Both the position numbers and the translations under genes were made by a program. From Eledone cirrhosa (taxonomy: Eukaryota), in NCBI GenBank assembly GCA_964016885.1, contig OZ024740.1, forward strand, positions 209,498,001 through 209,562,000: a DNA stretch of 64,000 nt. Reading direction: 5' to 3'. Shown here in pieces: positions 41,729-53,785 of the stretch. How positions within the stretch are numbered: position 1 is the stretch's first letter; each line of letters starts with the position of its first letter. Below the pieces are notes generated by a model. The model worked only from the letters and a program-made list of their open reading frames with translations, searched no databases and had not been told where the DNA came from.

Positions 41729-42731
41729 CAGACCAGTACTGAGGTCAATAAAAGAAGTATTAGACCAGTACTGAGGTCAACTTTACTTTTCATCCTTTTG
41801 GGGTCAATAAAAGAAGTATTAGACCAGTACTGAGGTCAACTTTACTTTTCATCCTTTTGGGGGTCAATAAAAGAAGTATTAGACCAGTACTGAGGTCAAC
41901 TTTACTTTTCATCCTTTTGGGGGTCAATAAAAGAAGTATTAGACCAGTACTGAGGTCAACTTTACTTTTCATCCTTTTGGGGTCAATAAAAGAAGTATTA
42001 GACCAGTACTGAGGTCAACTTTACTTTTCATCCTTTTGGGGGTCAATAAAAGAAGTATTAGACCAGTACTGAGGTCAACTTTACTTTTCATCCTTTTGGG
42101 GTTAATAAAAGAAGTATTAGACCAGTACTGAGGTCAACTTTACTTTTCATCCTTTTAAGGTCAATAAAAGAAGTATTAGACCAGTACTGAGGTCAACTTT
42201 ACTTTTCATCCTTTTGGGGTCAATAAAAGAAGTATTAGACCAGTACTGAGGTCAACTTTACTTTTCATCCTTTTGGGGGTCAATAAAAGAAGTATTAGAC
42301 CAGTACTGAGGTCAACTTTACTTTTCATCCTTTTGGGGGTCAATAAAAGAAGTATTAGACCAGTACTGAGGTCAACTTTACTTTTCATCCTTTTAAGGTC
42401 ATTAAAAGAAGTATTGGACCAGTACTGAGGTCAACTTTACTTTTCATCCCTTTAAGGTCAATAAAAGAAGTATTAGACCAGTACTAAGGTCAACTTTACT
42501 TTTCATCCTTTTGGGGGTCAATAAAAGAAGTATTAGACCAGTACTGAGGTCAACTTTACTTTTCATCCTTTTGGGGTCAATAAAAGAAGTATTAGACCAG
42601 TACTGAGGTCAACTTTACTTTTCATCCTTTTGGGGGTCAATAAAAGAAGTATTAGACCAGTACTGAGGTCAACTTTACTTTTCATCCTTTTGGGGTTAAT
42701 AAAAGAAGTATTAGACCAGTACTAAGGTCAA
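41729..42731 (+). repeat. Minisatellite, ~16 full copies of a 59-60-bp unit derived from the SINE A core
   Basis: Unit AGACCAGTACTGAGGTCAACTTTACTTTTCATCCTTTTGGGG(G)TCAATAAAAGAAGTATT aligns with the SINE core GAGGTCAACTTTGCCTTTCATCC..GGGGTCGATAAAATAAAGTA. Confidence 0.95.
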
Positions 42732-43575
42732 TGTTTAATGTCTATTCCCCATACTTGCATAGGTTAAATGCTTGTTGTATGCTGAGGCCAGATTGGTCAG
42801 GAGATTAGGTCCTGCTCATACGCTTTGTTTTGGCTTGGTTTCTATGGCTGGATGCCCTTTCTAACACCAACCACTTTACAGCATGTACTAGGAGTGTGGT
42901 TTCTACATTTGGATGCCCTTTCAAAAACCAACCATTTTACAGAGTGTACTTGGAGCATTTTATTGTAACTCCAACACTACCACCTTAGAGGGAGGACTGG
43001 GTACTTTTATAGTGGCACCAGCACTTAGATGTTTAGTGTACATGGTTGTGTTGGGCAGGGGTGAGGCTGGGGTATAGCATTTCATTGCTGGAGGGAGGGG
43101 CGTCATGGAGGTGTCTGGCTCCCCATGAATGCCTAAAAAGAGTTTATTGATATACTGCTTGGAGCATATGGTTGGGTGGGTGCTGTCCATCATTTTGTGG
43201 GTGTGACAGGTTTTTCTAAGTTGAGAGGGTGTTTGGGAGTGCAAGGGTTCATAGTTTTTCAACCACCACCTTTCAGGCATCTCTTTCAATCATGAAGGCC
43301 ACATACAAGAGTCCTTAAAAAGCATTGCTACTATATTTTGCAAGTTACTAATGATATGCTCTCATGGAGCCACAACTACTCACTGGCAAGTACAGGTCAA
43401 GACCTGTGTAAGTTGTCATCCCTGCAATGAGTGACTAAAAAATACTGGGGCTTCAAGAATATTCTCACCCCACCCCTCGCCTCTATATTGCTACATGGGA
43501 TTGTTTCTTTTAGGGTTTCCTCCTGTAGTCATAGACTATAATGAGAACAGCCAATACCACAGAGCACAGGTTTAA

Positions 43576-43784
43576 CCCATTAGCATTCACATTACTCTAT
43601 ATATACTATTATATTTTCATGGTAAAGGCTTTACCTCACATAATATCTCACATAATATCAAATCTATGAGATTTTGAAAGTATTTATTTTGAGAACAATA
43701 CCTTAATATCAGTTTGAGCGACCAGTTACAGCCAGTTTCAACAGAAAAAGGTAGAGAATTCTGGCCGGTTTGAACATTAAAGGG
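43576..43784. mobile_element. piggyBac-type MITE (family 1)
   Basis: TTAA-CCCATTAGCATT...AACATTAAAGGG-TTAA. Confidence 0.75.
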
Positions 43785-44199
43785 TTAACTATGTAAACAA
43801 TGTTTCCTCTAATTCTAGAGGTGTCATAAAACGTTGCCTCTCAGTAGCTTTGAAATTTTGCCGCACAGTAGCTTTGAATTTAAAATATTTATGCTCAAAG
43901 CATCAAATGTTTTGCTCAGTGAAAAATTAGAGGGATCGTTGTATGTAAGGCATATAATTTATTTAGGGCTGAATCTTTTTGCAAGTCAATCTTTGGGTTT
44001 TATAACTCCTATGCTCTGGCAATTCATTATCATGTGGTCGAAGTTGCAAACATTTTCAACCCTGAATAAATTTTTTTCCATTCTACTGAAAAATATTATT
44101 ACTCTTTTATAAAATTGCACACATAAACATATTGCTATTTATTTTACATACACACACACACACACATGTATTCACACATTCCTACCTATATACATAATA

Positions 44200-44540
44200 A
44201 CTGCCACGTTTTTACAGAAGAGAGCCATCTCTTCAACATTGTGCTGAACGGCCTTGAGCTCGCAAATAACTCCGCAAACCTACCTCACTCTTACATACTG
44301 TTTTACAGATGTGACACATATGAGGCTCTCGGACAGTCCTGAACATAACTTCCTCCTTAGGCACTCCCATGTGCCACTTGAGTCCAGCAGTAGACCTACA
44401 GGCTTTGTTGCCAAACTGACACAAATACCCTGCAGGCCTTTCAGGGAAGACACCAACATAATCGGCCCCAGACTGTTGATTGCTGTGAGCCCTTAAATGA
44501 CTTGCAAGTCCAGCATGAGAAAGAACAACCTTTCTGGGAT
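44200..44540 (-). mobile_element. RTE/BovB-like LINE 3' end with degenerate C2H2-like knuckles
   Basis: Repeated ..SHAGLASHLRAH.., C..CRSTAGLKWHM.., CHICKTVCKSEVGLRSYLRA.., followed by a stop; no flanking gene context. Confidence 0.55.
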
Positions 44541-44552
44541 TAAGCGCACGCA

Positions 44553-44584
<32 letters not shown>

Positions 44585-44604
44585 CACACTCACACTCACA
44601 CACA

Positions 44605-44661
<57 letters not shown>

Positions 44662-47513
44662 GCACACAGATGTATAAATATATATGTCCTGTAGCCACTG
44701 GTTTTTCTATGAAGCAAAGATAAATTTAATGTAGTTTATAAGTCTCTCTGTGAAATTCTAACTCAGAAAAACAAAAGCTTGCCTTTAAATGTTTCATGGC
44801 TAATTATCCTCTCATAAGAAAATAAATATTCTTGTTCTTCTGTTCGTGAAGAGAGCTATAGTAAAAAATTATTTATATTAAACATAAACTAGGACTTAAC
44901 TGAAGTGGTAATCTCTTATGTTTTTGTGTATGAAAAGAATAGTAGAACGTTTTTTTCATTTGTTTAAGTTTTCATTGTGAGGCTTATAATTATAGTAATA
45001 TATATTTATAATTTATCTTAGATTTTCTAAAATAGAATGTGTTGTACATAAATATTTATTATAAAACAAAATCAGACAACAAATATATTGACTGTTTAGA
45101 AACATTATTTTCCCAATGTGGTTTGTCTAATATCCAATACATAACAGAAACTGTGGCAGTGGGGACTTCCAGCACTCTTGGTACCCAGACCACCTTCCTA
45201 CTCACTGCTTTTAGGGCAGAGTTGGTCACCTGAAAGAGTGAGCCCTGTGAGTTGGCTTGGCTATTTCAATATGTCTCCCTTGCCATTCTCTTAGGTAATA
45301 CTTTCTCCATTCTGTCCACTGGAACCACAAGGCAACTTGCACCTGAGGTTCTGCAGGCCCAAGTGTGTTCTCCCACCCCACCTGGGATCGTATCATTGGG
45401 GTAATGATGTTTGGGTGTTCTTTCTCATATTTTTGTTGCCTTCTATCTAAAGAAACTCATATTTTTGTTGCCGTCTGTCTAAAGTAACTCCACACACACA
45501 CGTGTGTGCGTGTGTACAGAAATCAAGTTCTTTAACAATAAATCAATCTACAGTAGTAATCTTTTTATCTGAATCGACAAGATCTCAGAGCTCATTCACT
45601 TACCAAATGGAATGGAACTCATCAGATCAGACCAAGGAAACATTGTTTCCATTCGTCTTTCCAATTGCTGATACTAGTCACAACTCCTGGCAGAAGGAGT
45701 AATGTGAAATAAAGTGTCTTGTTCAAGGACATAATGCATCGCCTGGTCTGGAAATTGAGCTCACAACCTCACAATTATGAATCCAACTCTCTAACAACTT
45801 AGCCACTTTTAACCATAATTTTTTTCCTTTCTCATATTTATATAAAAATCCACATTCAGCTCATCTATAAAGTATCATTGATTCATTTTCCTTCATTATC
45901 TTTTTTTTTTCTCTTCATTTATTTTAGTTCTGGGAACTTGACAACCATTTTGGAAGATAAGGAATTTCATTGGCTTTGTATTTAGTTGCCACAGGATACA
46001 GTTACAGCATCTACGTTGAGCAATGGATTTGAGAGAAATGGTTGAGCTTTTGGAAGACTGCAGGATCACTCTGGTAGGGATAAGTTGCTATGAAAACATT
46101 TAGGAATGTGCTACTAAGAAATTAGCTTTTAAAATTAACTCTGGATTTCTTTGAATTTCTAACATTAATTTGCTTTTATTTACATTTGCTTTTTCTGTTC
46201 AAACTTTACTCTTTACTTTGCTGCCATATTTGGTTAGCTATGAATTTTAATTAATAAGCATGTCAGTACAATTGACATTACCAGGTTAATATTAAAATGA
46301 TTGTTAAAGAAAGACCTTGCCATATCAGAAGGTTTAAACAGTTATAAAACACCAATGGAAATAGTTGAAGGGAAGTCTTTGGGCAGCATGATATTTTACA
46401 GATTGTAACTATTCAATCTGTAAATTCAATGAAAGATAGCGTATCATTCTTCAACAATCATCTTATATTTTGGTCCTTATATTCAGTGATGGAAATTAGA
46501 GGAGGATATCCAGGGGGGTGACATTCTCCTATATTTCAATTACTCATAGCACCACCCCAAACTCTCCCTTTCTAACCTCAGCCTTATAGAGTTTAGCATA
46601 CTCCTAGTTCCTAAAACCCATTTCTATCTCTGCCTATACTTGAAATTGATATTTATAACATGTCTATATAATAGTTTCTAATTTAGGCACAAGACCAACA
46701 TTTTTTTGTAGGGAAGGAAAGTCGATTAAATTAACCCCCAGTGTGTTACTGGTAATTTACTTTATCAACCCTGTTAGGTTGAAAGGCAAAGATAACCTTT
46801 GCTGGATTTGAAATCAGAATGTAAAGGGCTGTAACTATATGCCACAAAGCATATTATCCAATACTTTACCGATACTGCCAATCCATGGCTCTAAATTGTC
46901 TATATGAGAGAGATACATCGCTTGTTTTTCATTAATGACAGCATGGAGAATATTGTTTTTATTTCATATGTTCTTACATAATTTAATGTTTATGGTTTCT
47001 CTTTGTCCAAACTTTTGTAGACACTTTATAGATTTCTTTCTTTGAACTTATTTTGGCAAGTATGATGCTAGGATGAAAAGTTCATAGGATGACTATGAAG
47101 GGATGCTAGAGCTCTGAAATCTTGCATGCATGAATTTCAACTATTCTTAATAACTACATTGTTTCTTTCCAGGGACTATGTTGAAAAATAAACCTCATTT
47201 GGTCATTCCGTGAGAGTATCTTGGTCAGCCTATGAACTTTTCAGTTAACCATCATACAATAACTTCCAACTGAGTCACTTTGTTTCAACTAATTTCTGTT
47301 TAATATATTTATCTTTAGTTTAAGAAATATGAAACACAATGAGACTCTTCAATTATAAAATAAATTTATTTTTTAGTTTTCATTTTCCAACTCCATATGC
47401 TCATGCTAAGGAATGCATTGTTTACAAGTGGAAATGTACAACCATTTTTTTTCTGAGAGCTGTATCATAGAAAGTTTCGACTTACTTTTATTATTATTAT
47501 ATATATATATATA

Positions 47514-47702
47514 GGGAGGTGGATTGGCAGTATCAGTAGAGGGTCGGACGCCATGCTTTCCAGCATAGTTACATCCCTTTACGATCTGAGTTCAAATCCC
47601 GCCGAGGTTGACTTTGCCTTTCATCCTTACGGGGTCGATAAAATAAAGTACCAGTAATGCACTGGGTAATTGCTGGCCTTGTGCCTAAAGTAGAGACAAT
47701 TA
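47514..47702 (+). mobile_element. SINE family A, near-consensus full copy
   Basis: GGAGGTGGATTGGCAGTATCAGTAGAGGGTCGGACGCC..GAGTTCAAATCCCGCCGAGG..GCCTAAAGTAGAGACAATT; TA-flanked. Confidence 0.92.
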
Positions 47703-47889
47703 TATATATATATTTAAGTTAACGTGGTATCACGTTTAAGGCAATCCAAGTAGAGGTTATGTGTACACTGTATTGAGGATAGTTCTAACGTTCGGTGTTG
47801 GTTGACTCAACAAGATGTTTACTTAGTTGTGGTGTTCGGGTGGCCGATTCCGGACAGTTCCTAGGTAAGCAGTTCCAGGAGTATTAATA

Positions 47890-48216
47890 ATAAAGGAGTG
47901 AAGAATAACATGAATTGGCTGTACAGTAGGGGTTTTCCAAATATTAACAAATGTTTCATTAGCCCGGTATGTCTAAAAACCCCTATCCATAGTATGTCAC
48001 GGTACTTGATTTTAATTACAGTTGACACCCAACTAAATCCTCAAAATACTGAATCAGTATTTTGAGAATTTAGTTGGGTGTCAACTGTAATTAAAATCAA
48101 GTGCCGTGACATACTACGGATAGGGTTTTTTAGACATACCGGGCTAATGAAACATTTGTTAATACTTGGAAAACCCCTACTGTACAGCCGATTCATGTTA
48201 TTCTTCACTCCTTTAT
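47890..48216. repeat. Large fold-back palindrome (163-bp arms, 1-nt loop) of a hammerhead-bearing Penelope-type terminus
   Basis: Arms 47890-48052 and 48054-48216; the right end abuts (TA)n; homologous to 29201-29364. Confidence 0.92.
48056..48166 (+). ncRNA. Type I hammerhead-like motif (U3-A8 core); mirror copy on the minus strand
   Basis: AGUAUU-UUGAGAA-U[UUAGUU...GGCUAA]U-GAAA-CAUUUG-UU^AAUACU. Confidence 0.55.
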
Positions 48217-48339
48217 ATATATATATATATATATATATAGGGAAAAGCGGACGTAAAATGATGATGATGATGGTGATATATGGCAAACTGGCAGAGTCAT
48301 TAGAACATCGGAGGGGTGATGGGAAGAAAGGTGGTGCAT

Positions 48340-49645
48340 ATAGGGAGGCAGGTCTTCTGTATTACTGCATAGTGACAGAGATCATGGTTCTGTGTCATCA
48401 CCTTTGAGAGGTGTAATTGTGCAAGGTCAGCTTTTATCACCTCGTCCCCAAGTCTTCCTAGTTCTTCATACTCCATAGCTTTCATCAACTTTGAGCGCTC
48501 TGCACCTTTTTATACAGCTGTCATCCTTCAAATGCATCACATGGCCATACCAATGCTATCTCCTCTCCTGCACACTGCATATGATCCCTATTAAGCCTAA
48601 TTTCTCTCTCAGTTTATTTATGCTTTGCCATTTATGTATATTACTATTGCACATCCATCGAAGCATGGAAGTTTCATTTCTTTCCAATCTTCGCTGGTCC
48701 TCTGCACACAGTGCCCAGGTCATGCTACCATGCAACATTGCTGTTTCTTATACATGCATTTTACAGTCTGCCTTTCATTTTGAGGGGAAAGCCTTTTGTA
48801 GTTAGCAGTGGTAGTAACTCCCTGAACTTTCTCCAACCCATTCTCACTGTAGCCACAGTGCTTTCGGAACATCCTCCTCCACTGCTGATTTGGTCACCCA
48901 GGTAACAAAAGCTATCTACTATTTCTATAGAGCCTACATTCTTTGCTAGCCTGCTTGAGATCCCACTACATCTCTTGTGTACTCATAGTTTGTATTTGGA
49001 ACATAAGATGGAATTTTTACCTACTCCTTTTCTGCACACTGAGCAAGGCCATTTCCCTGGGGGAATCAGGGCCCTGTTTTCCTTCTCTACATACTAGGAC
49101 TTTGGTCTTTGACAAGTTAACTTTAAGACCTTTTGATTCTATGCCATGCGTCCAGATTTGGAATTTCTTCTTTAATTCAGCTATAAAGGTTAGGTCATCT
49201 GCATACAGGAGTTACCATGGGCAGCCAGTCTTAAACTCCTCCGTTATAGCCTGCAGGATGATAATGAATAGGGGAGGGCTAAGAACTGAGCCCTAATGGA
49301 CACCAACCTGCACACTAAATTCTTTTCTATAGTCATTCCTGACTATTCCTCTATAAATGGCTTGTTCTGCCCTCACAAGACACTCGTCTACTCCTAATTT
49401 TCTAAGAGCTTGCCAGATTATGGAATGGAGGACTCTGTCAAATGCTTTGCCTAGATCAACAAATGGCAAGTAAAAGAGCTTACTTTTCGTTCGGTACTTC
49501 TTCTGTAGTTGCCTCACAAGGAAGAGGGCTTCAGTGGCACTTTCATCAAACTGAATCTCGTCTAGGAACTCAGTCCCTAATTAGCTGTGCTATAACTCTT
49601 TCTGTGACCTTCATAACCTGGTCAACCAACTTAATGCCTCTATAG
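48340..49645 (-). mobile_element. RTE-clade LINE fragment (RT domain to 3' end), decayed
   Basis: RQLQKKY..FVDLGKAFDRV..WQALRKLGV..VQVGVH*GSVLSPPLF..LLYADDL..MLHGSMTW..LERNETSMLRWMC; same family as 40060-40468. Confidence 0.92.
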
Positions 49646-49659
49646 TTTTCTCTGTTTCG

Positions 49660-49850
49660 AGAAGTTGATGATGCTGCTGCGATGCCAGCCATTGAGATAC
49701 ACTCCTCCCAGTTTTGTGAAGGTAAATATCAGTTTGGTAACTGAGGACAGCAGAGATCTCAACAGTGACTGGCACGAAAAGGAAGTGGTCACATAAATCC
49801 CGGTGTTTGGCTATCTTCCTTTCTTCAGCCTTATGGTGCCAGTGGAAGCA
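49660..49850 (-). mobile_element. CRE-like endonuclease-region fragment
   Basis: KAEERKIAKHRDLCDHFLFVPVTVEISAVLS matches the same motif as positions 395-480. Confidence 0.6.
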
Positions 49851-50094
49851 CTTTGGTCTAATTCTAACCCCATGTCCCTCTTCCTCTCTCTCTCTTTCTA
49901 ATAAACAGTAAAACAAATAATTGGTACTTTTTAAACTAAATAGATAGTTTGATAAATAATCAATGAAAGAGTAATTCTCACAATATGTTTTGTCAGAGAC
50001 ATGACTCATTTGTGGTGCTCTGCAGGAACACGATTTAACATTATCTGATAGAGATAATTCAGAATGAGAATCATAACAGAAAGAACTCAACCAT

Positions 50095-50160
50095 CAACCT
50101 CCTCCTGCTGTTGCTACTGCTGCCACTACCACCACCACCACCACCACCACTATTACTACC

Positions 50161-50198
<38 letters not shown>

Positions 50199-50232
50199 CA
50201 CCACCACCACAACCTCTACCTCCACCATTACC
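50095..50232. repeat. (CAC/TAC)n trinucleotide repeat
   Basis: Directly visible. Confidence 0.9.
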
Positions 50233-50459
50233 CTTCACACTCCTGGTAGACATCTGTGTTGATCTTTGTGATCTTTTGTGAACTAGTAGTTAAGTGAATG
50301 AACCGGGCTAAACTTAATGTGATTGAATAAGCAACCTATTATTCATCCTTTCAACTAGATATCTTGTATCTTTTTACAGACATTACTATCAGAGGTTTCA
50401 TTCTCCTGCTCCTGCAATAATTTTATTGTAGTTATTTATTTTAAATAGTCATCATTATT

Positions 50460-51250
50460 TCGGTGGATTGGCAGTAATCGGTAGAGCGTCGAACAACATG
50501 CTTTGTGAAATATATTTACGTCCTTTTACATTCTGAGTTCAAATCTTGCCAAGGTTTGCTTTGCCTTTCATCCTTACGAGGGCTATAAAATATTGTTTCT
50601 GCTTTAGGTACAAGGCCAGCAATTTGAAGGGGGGGGGGTTGTTTAGATTGATCCCAGTACGTTACTGATACTTTATTTTATTGACCCCCGTAAGGATGAA
50701 AGGCAAAGCTAACCTCAGTGGGATTTGAACTCAGAACATAAAGGACCATAACTCTATAATTCAAAAATGGTGTCTGACACTCTACTGATATTGCCAATCC
50801 ACTACCCTATAAAATATAATTGTTTCTACTTTAGGCACAAGGCCAGTGCATTACCCAGTGCATTACTGGTACTTTATTTTATCTACCCCGTAAGGATGAA
50901 AGGCAAAGTCAACCTCGGCGGGATTTGAACTCAGAACATAAAGGGACGTAACTATGCTGGAAAGCATGGCGTCCGACCCTCTATATAATACCAGTAAAAC
51001 ACTGAGGTTAATTTAATCGACTTTTTCCTTTCCTTTCAAATTGTTGGTCTTGTGTCTAAATCAGAAACCATTATTTAGCGATGGATTGCCAGTGTCGGAC
51101 AACAAGCTTTGCGGCATATAGTTACGTCCCTTTACGTTTTGAGTTCAAATCCCACCGAGGTTAACTTTGCCTTTCGTCCTTAAGGGGTTGAGAAAATAAA
51201 GCACCAATAATGCACTTGTTGGTCGTGTGCCTAAATCAGAAACCATTATA
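50460..51250. mobile_element. Nested cluster of SINE family A copies in both orientations
   Basis: A plus-strand copy starting at 50460 is interrupted by two minus-strand copies (about 50592-50982) and resumes near 50988; another plus copy lies at 51077-51248. Confidence 0.8.
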
Positions 51251-51557
51251 AGTGTATAAATAAATCAACCTTAGTATTTGATTGGTTAAGCTTCCTACCT
51301 GGTTCTTGTCTAAGTATTCTGTGTAACAATGTGAAATAAAGTGTCTTGCTCAAGGACACAATGCATCGCCAGGTCCAGGAATCGAATTCACAACTCTAGA
51401 TTTTTATTTTATCACTTTTGAAGTAGAGTAGTGAAAGCCCAGGAAAAATTGAAACAGTTTATGGTCCAATTGCACAGAGACAGACATGTCATTTAATAGA
51501 AGTAAAGTGTAAGATATTCCCACACATAAACATTCAATTTTAGAATCTATATATATG

Positions 51558-52030
51558 GAAGGTGTGTGGCTGAGTCGTTAGAAAATTGGATTCTCAATCT
51601 TGAGGTTGTGAATTCGATTCCTGGACCGGGCGATGCATTGTGTCCTTGAGCAAGACACTTTATTTCACGTTGCTCCTTCTATCTGGAGTTGCGACCGATA
51701 GATAGTATTAGCAACTGGAAAGACCAACGGAAACACTGTTTCCTCGGTCCGATTTGATGAAAGTCGATCGATCCTAAAATATATGGAAGTGAAGGCACAT
51801 GGCCTAGTGCCTAGGGAATTGGGTTCATGATAAAAAGGTCATGGGTCTGAATCCCAGACTGGTGACATCTGTTTTTTAACCAGACACTTCATTTTCTGAT
51901 GCTCCAGTTCCACTCAGCCTAAAATGAGTACCAGTAGTTGCTGGGGACTTAGACTTGCAACAGACTGGCTTCCTATCCAGGGAAGAGTTTTGTACTTTCA
52001 GTCACTTAATGCCTATGAAACAAGGAAAAG
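51558..52030 (+). mobile_element. Two tRNA-derived CORE-like SINE copies
   Basis: Heads GAAGGTGTGTGGCTGAGTCG..GAATTCGATTCC and GAAGGCACATGGCCTAGTG. The first shares its tail with 45560-45805 (-). Confidence 0.75.
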
Positions 52031-53160
52031 CTCTGGGCTTCGTTCATCTTGTGCAGAGTGTGAAAAACAGATGTAAAATGATAACTCATTCTAATATGTG
52101 GTGAAATAACATTATGATTTGTTGACTTGGCTCAAACTAGATTTTAGCTTTCACCAAATAGTTTTTCTCACATTTAATAATAAATATTTGTGTGTGTCTC
52201 TGTATGCATGTGAGTGCTTGTGCTTGCTTGTGTATGAGCGAGTGTGTGTGTTTCACTAATTACTACTTTGTTTGCAAATGAAACAAAGGAAGTATTTATT
52301 ATTATTTAGTTGTTTTTTTTTGTTATTCGGTTATTTTGTTTTATTTTTCCTTATTTCTGTGTCAGTCTATTTATTTATCTTGCACACTATTATCCCTCAC
52401 TACCACTAACTTTAGAATATAACTTCAACATATTTGCTGTTTACACACACATAGACACACATTTTACACAGGTTTGGAGAGGCCTTTGCCTTACAGTAAG
52501 GGGATCATAGCTTAGAATAATATATATATATATAAACATTTTCGAAGGTAAAGATGGTTAAGATCACTCAGCCAGAATTTGAGAGGTATAGTTTTCAATT
52601 CTTCGTAGCAGCTGCTGGTCACTTCTTTCCGTATATAGGTGTATTTTACCTGGTTTTCTAAGCTATTATTTATAGCAATCGACTGTAGTTATAGTTATTT
52701 TCTCTGTTTGAGATTGCTATATTTTCTAAGATTATATATATATCACTATGCTTTCGAGGAAACCACTTGGCGCTGTGGTTGGGATTTTACTTATCTGTGT
52801 GTGTGTGTATATATATGAATAATATCATTTAGAATATAATTCAGAGAATCTTATAAATACAAATATTGAACTATCTCAAATAAGGCTCAGAATTGATTAT
52901 TGGGAAGATCACATTAAAGTACCTTAAAATAAAGGAACCTTATTTGCATATCATTCCAGAGGCAAACATTCTTGTCAAGCGATCTAAATACATAGGGCTG
53001 AACGAATTTATTCCGTCTTACTGCAATTTCACAAGCTAAAATTACAGAATTAGCCATCTCAATTAATTAAGATGGTTAATTTCCACCAGAAACCTGTTTA
53101 ATCATTTAAAAAAAATGTTGAGTGGATCTAAGTCTAGAACCTTCAATGTATTTATTTTAC

Positions 53161-53785
53161 TACTAGCAGTGGTACCCGGCGTTGCACGGGATAAGGTATT
53201 TTGGAACGCGGGCCGCCAACAGACCTAATCGTGGAAAAACTGCATGCCTGGACAATATGTAAAGAAAATAAACCGAATACTCTGATGGCTGGATAATCTT
53301 TAAGAGTTTCCTGGATGAAGCAGGAAAAATGCAGGTTTTCACCTAATGCAGGCTCTAGGGGATCAAGAAAATGAATTTTTTTTTATGTGCATAATATGCC
53401 TTGAAATTTCGGGAAAATTGGCTAGATGTAACCCCTCAAAAAAGCCCTAAAAAGCTGAAAAAATGAAGTTTTTCACCTAATGCAGGCCCTAGGCCATAAA
53501 AAAGTTGGATTTTCTTTGCTCATGGTATGAAGAAGAGACTAATACATATTTGCAATTTCAAGGAAATCGGTCTGACGTAACGCCTAAAAAAAACCCTAAA
53601 AAGCTTAAAAAACAGAGTTTTTCATCTAATGCAGGCCCTGGGGGATCAAAAAGTTGAACTTTTTATGTGCATAACACTCCCTGAAACATAATACACTTGT
53701 AAAGTTTGAAAAAATTCAGTTGGGTACTTCTCGAGTTTTAGGGATTCACACACACACACACACAGTTTTATATATATATATAGAT
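53161..53785. mobile_element. Helentron/DINE-like element with internal ~140-bp tandem repeats
   Basis: Starts TACTAGCAGTGGTACCCGGCGTTGCACGGG and ends (CA)n GTTTTATATATATATAGAT; TTTTCA(C/T)CTAATGCAGGC occurs three times. Confidence 0.65.

Noticed and set aside
41729-42731. CRISPR-like appearance of the 60-bp array (and of 15343-15803)
   Set aside because: There are no unique spacers and no cas genes, and the context is eukaryotic; these are plain tandem repeats.
44233-44589. C2H2 zinc-finger gene candidate
   Set aside because: The fingers are degenerate, lack TGEKP linkers and begin in a microsatellite; better explained as a LINE 3' end.
50064-50253. His/Tyr-rich and Gly/Ser-rich ORFs
   Set aside because: Translations of a trinucleotide repeat.
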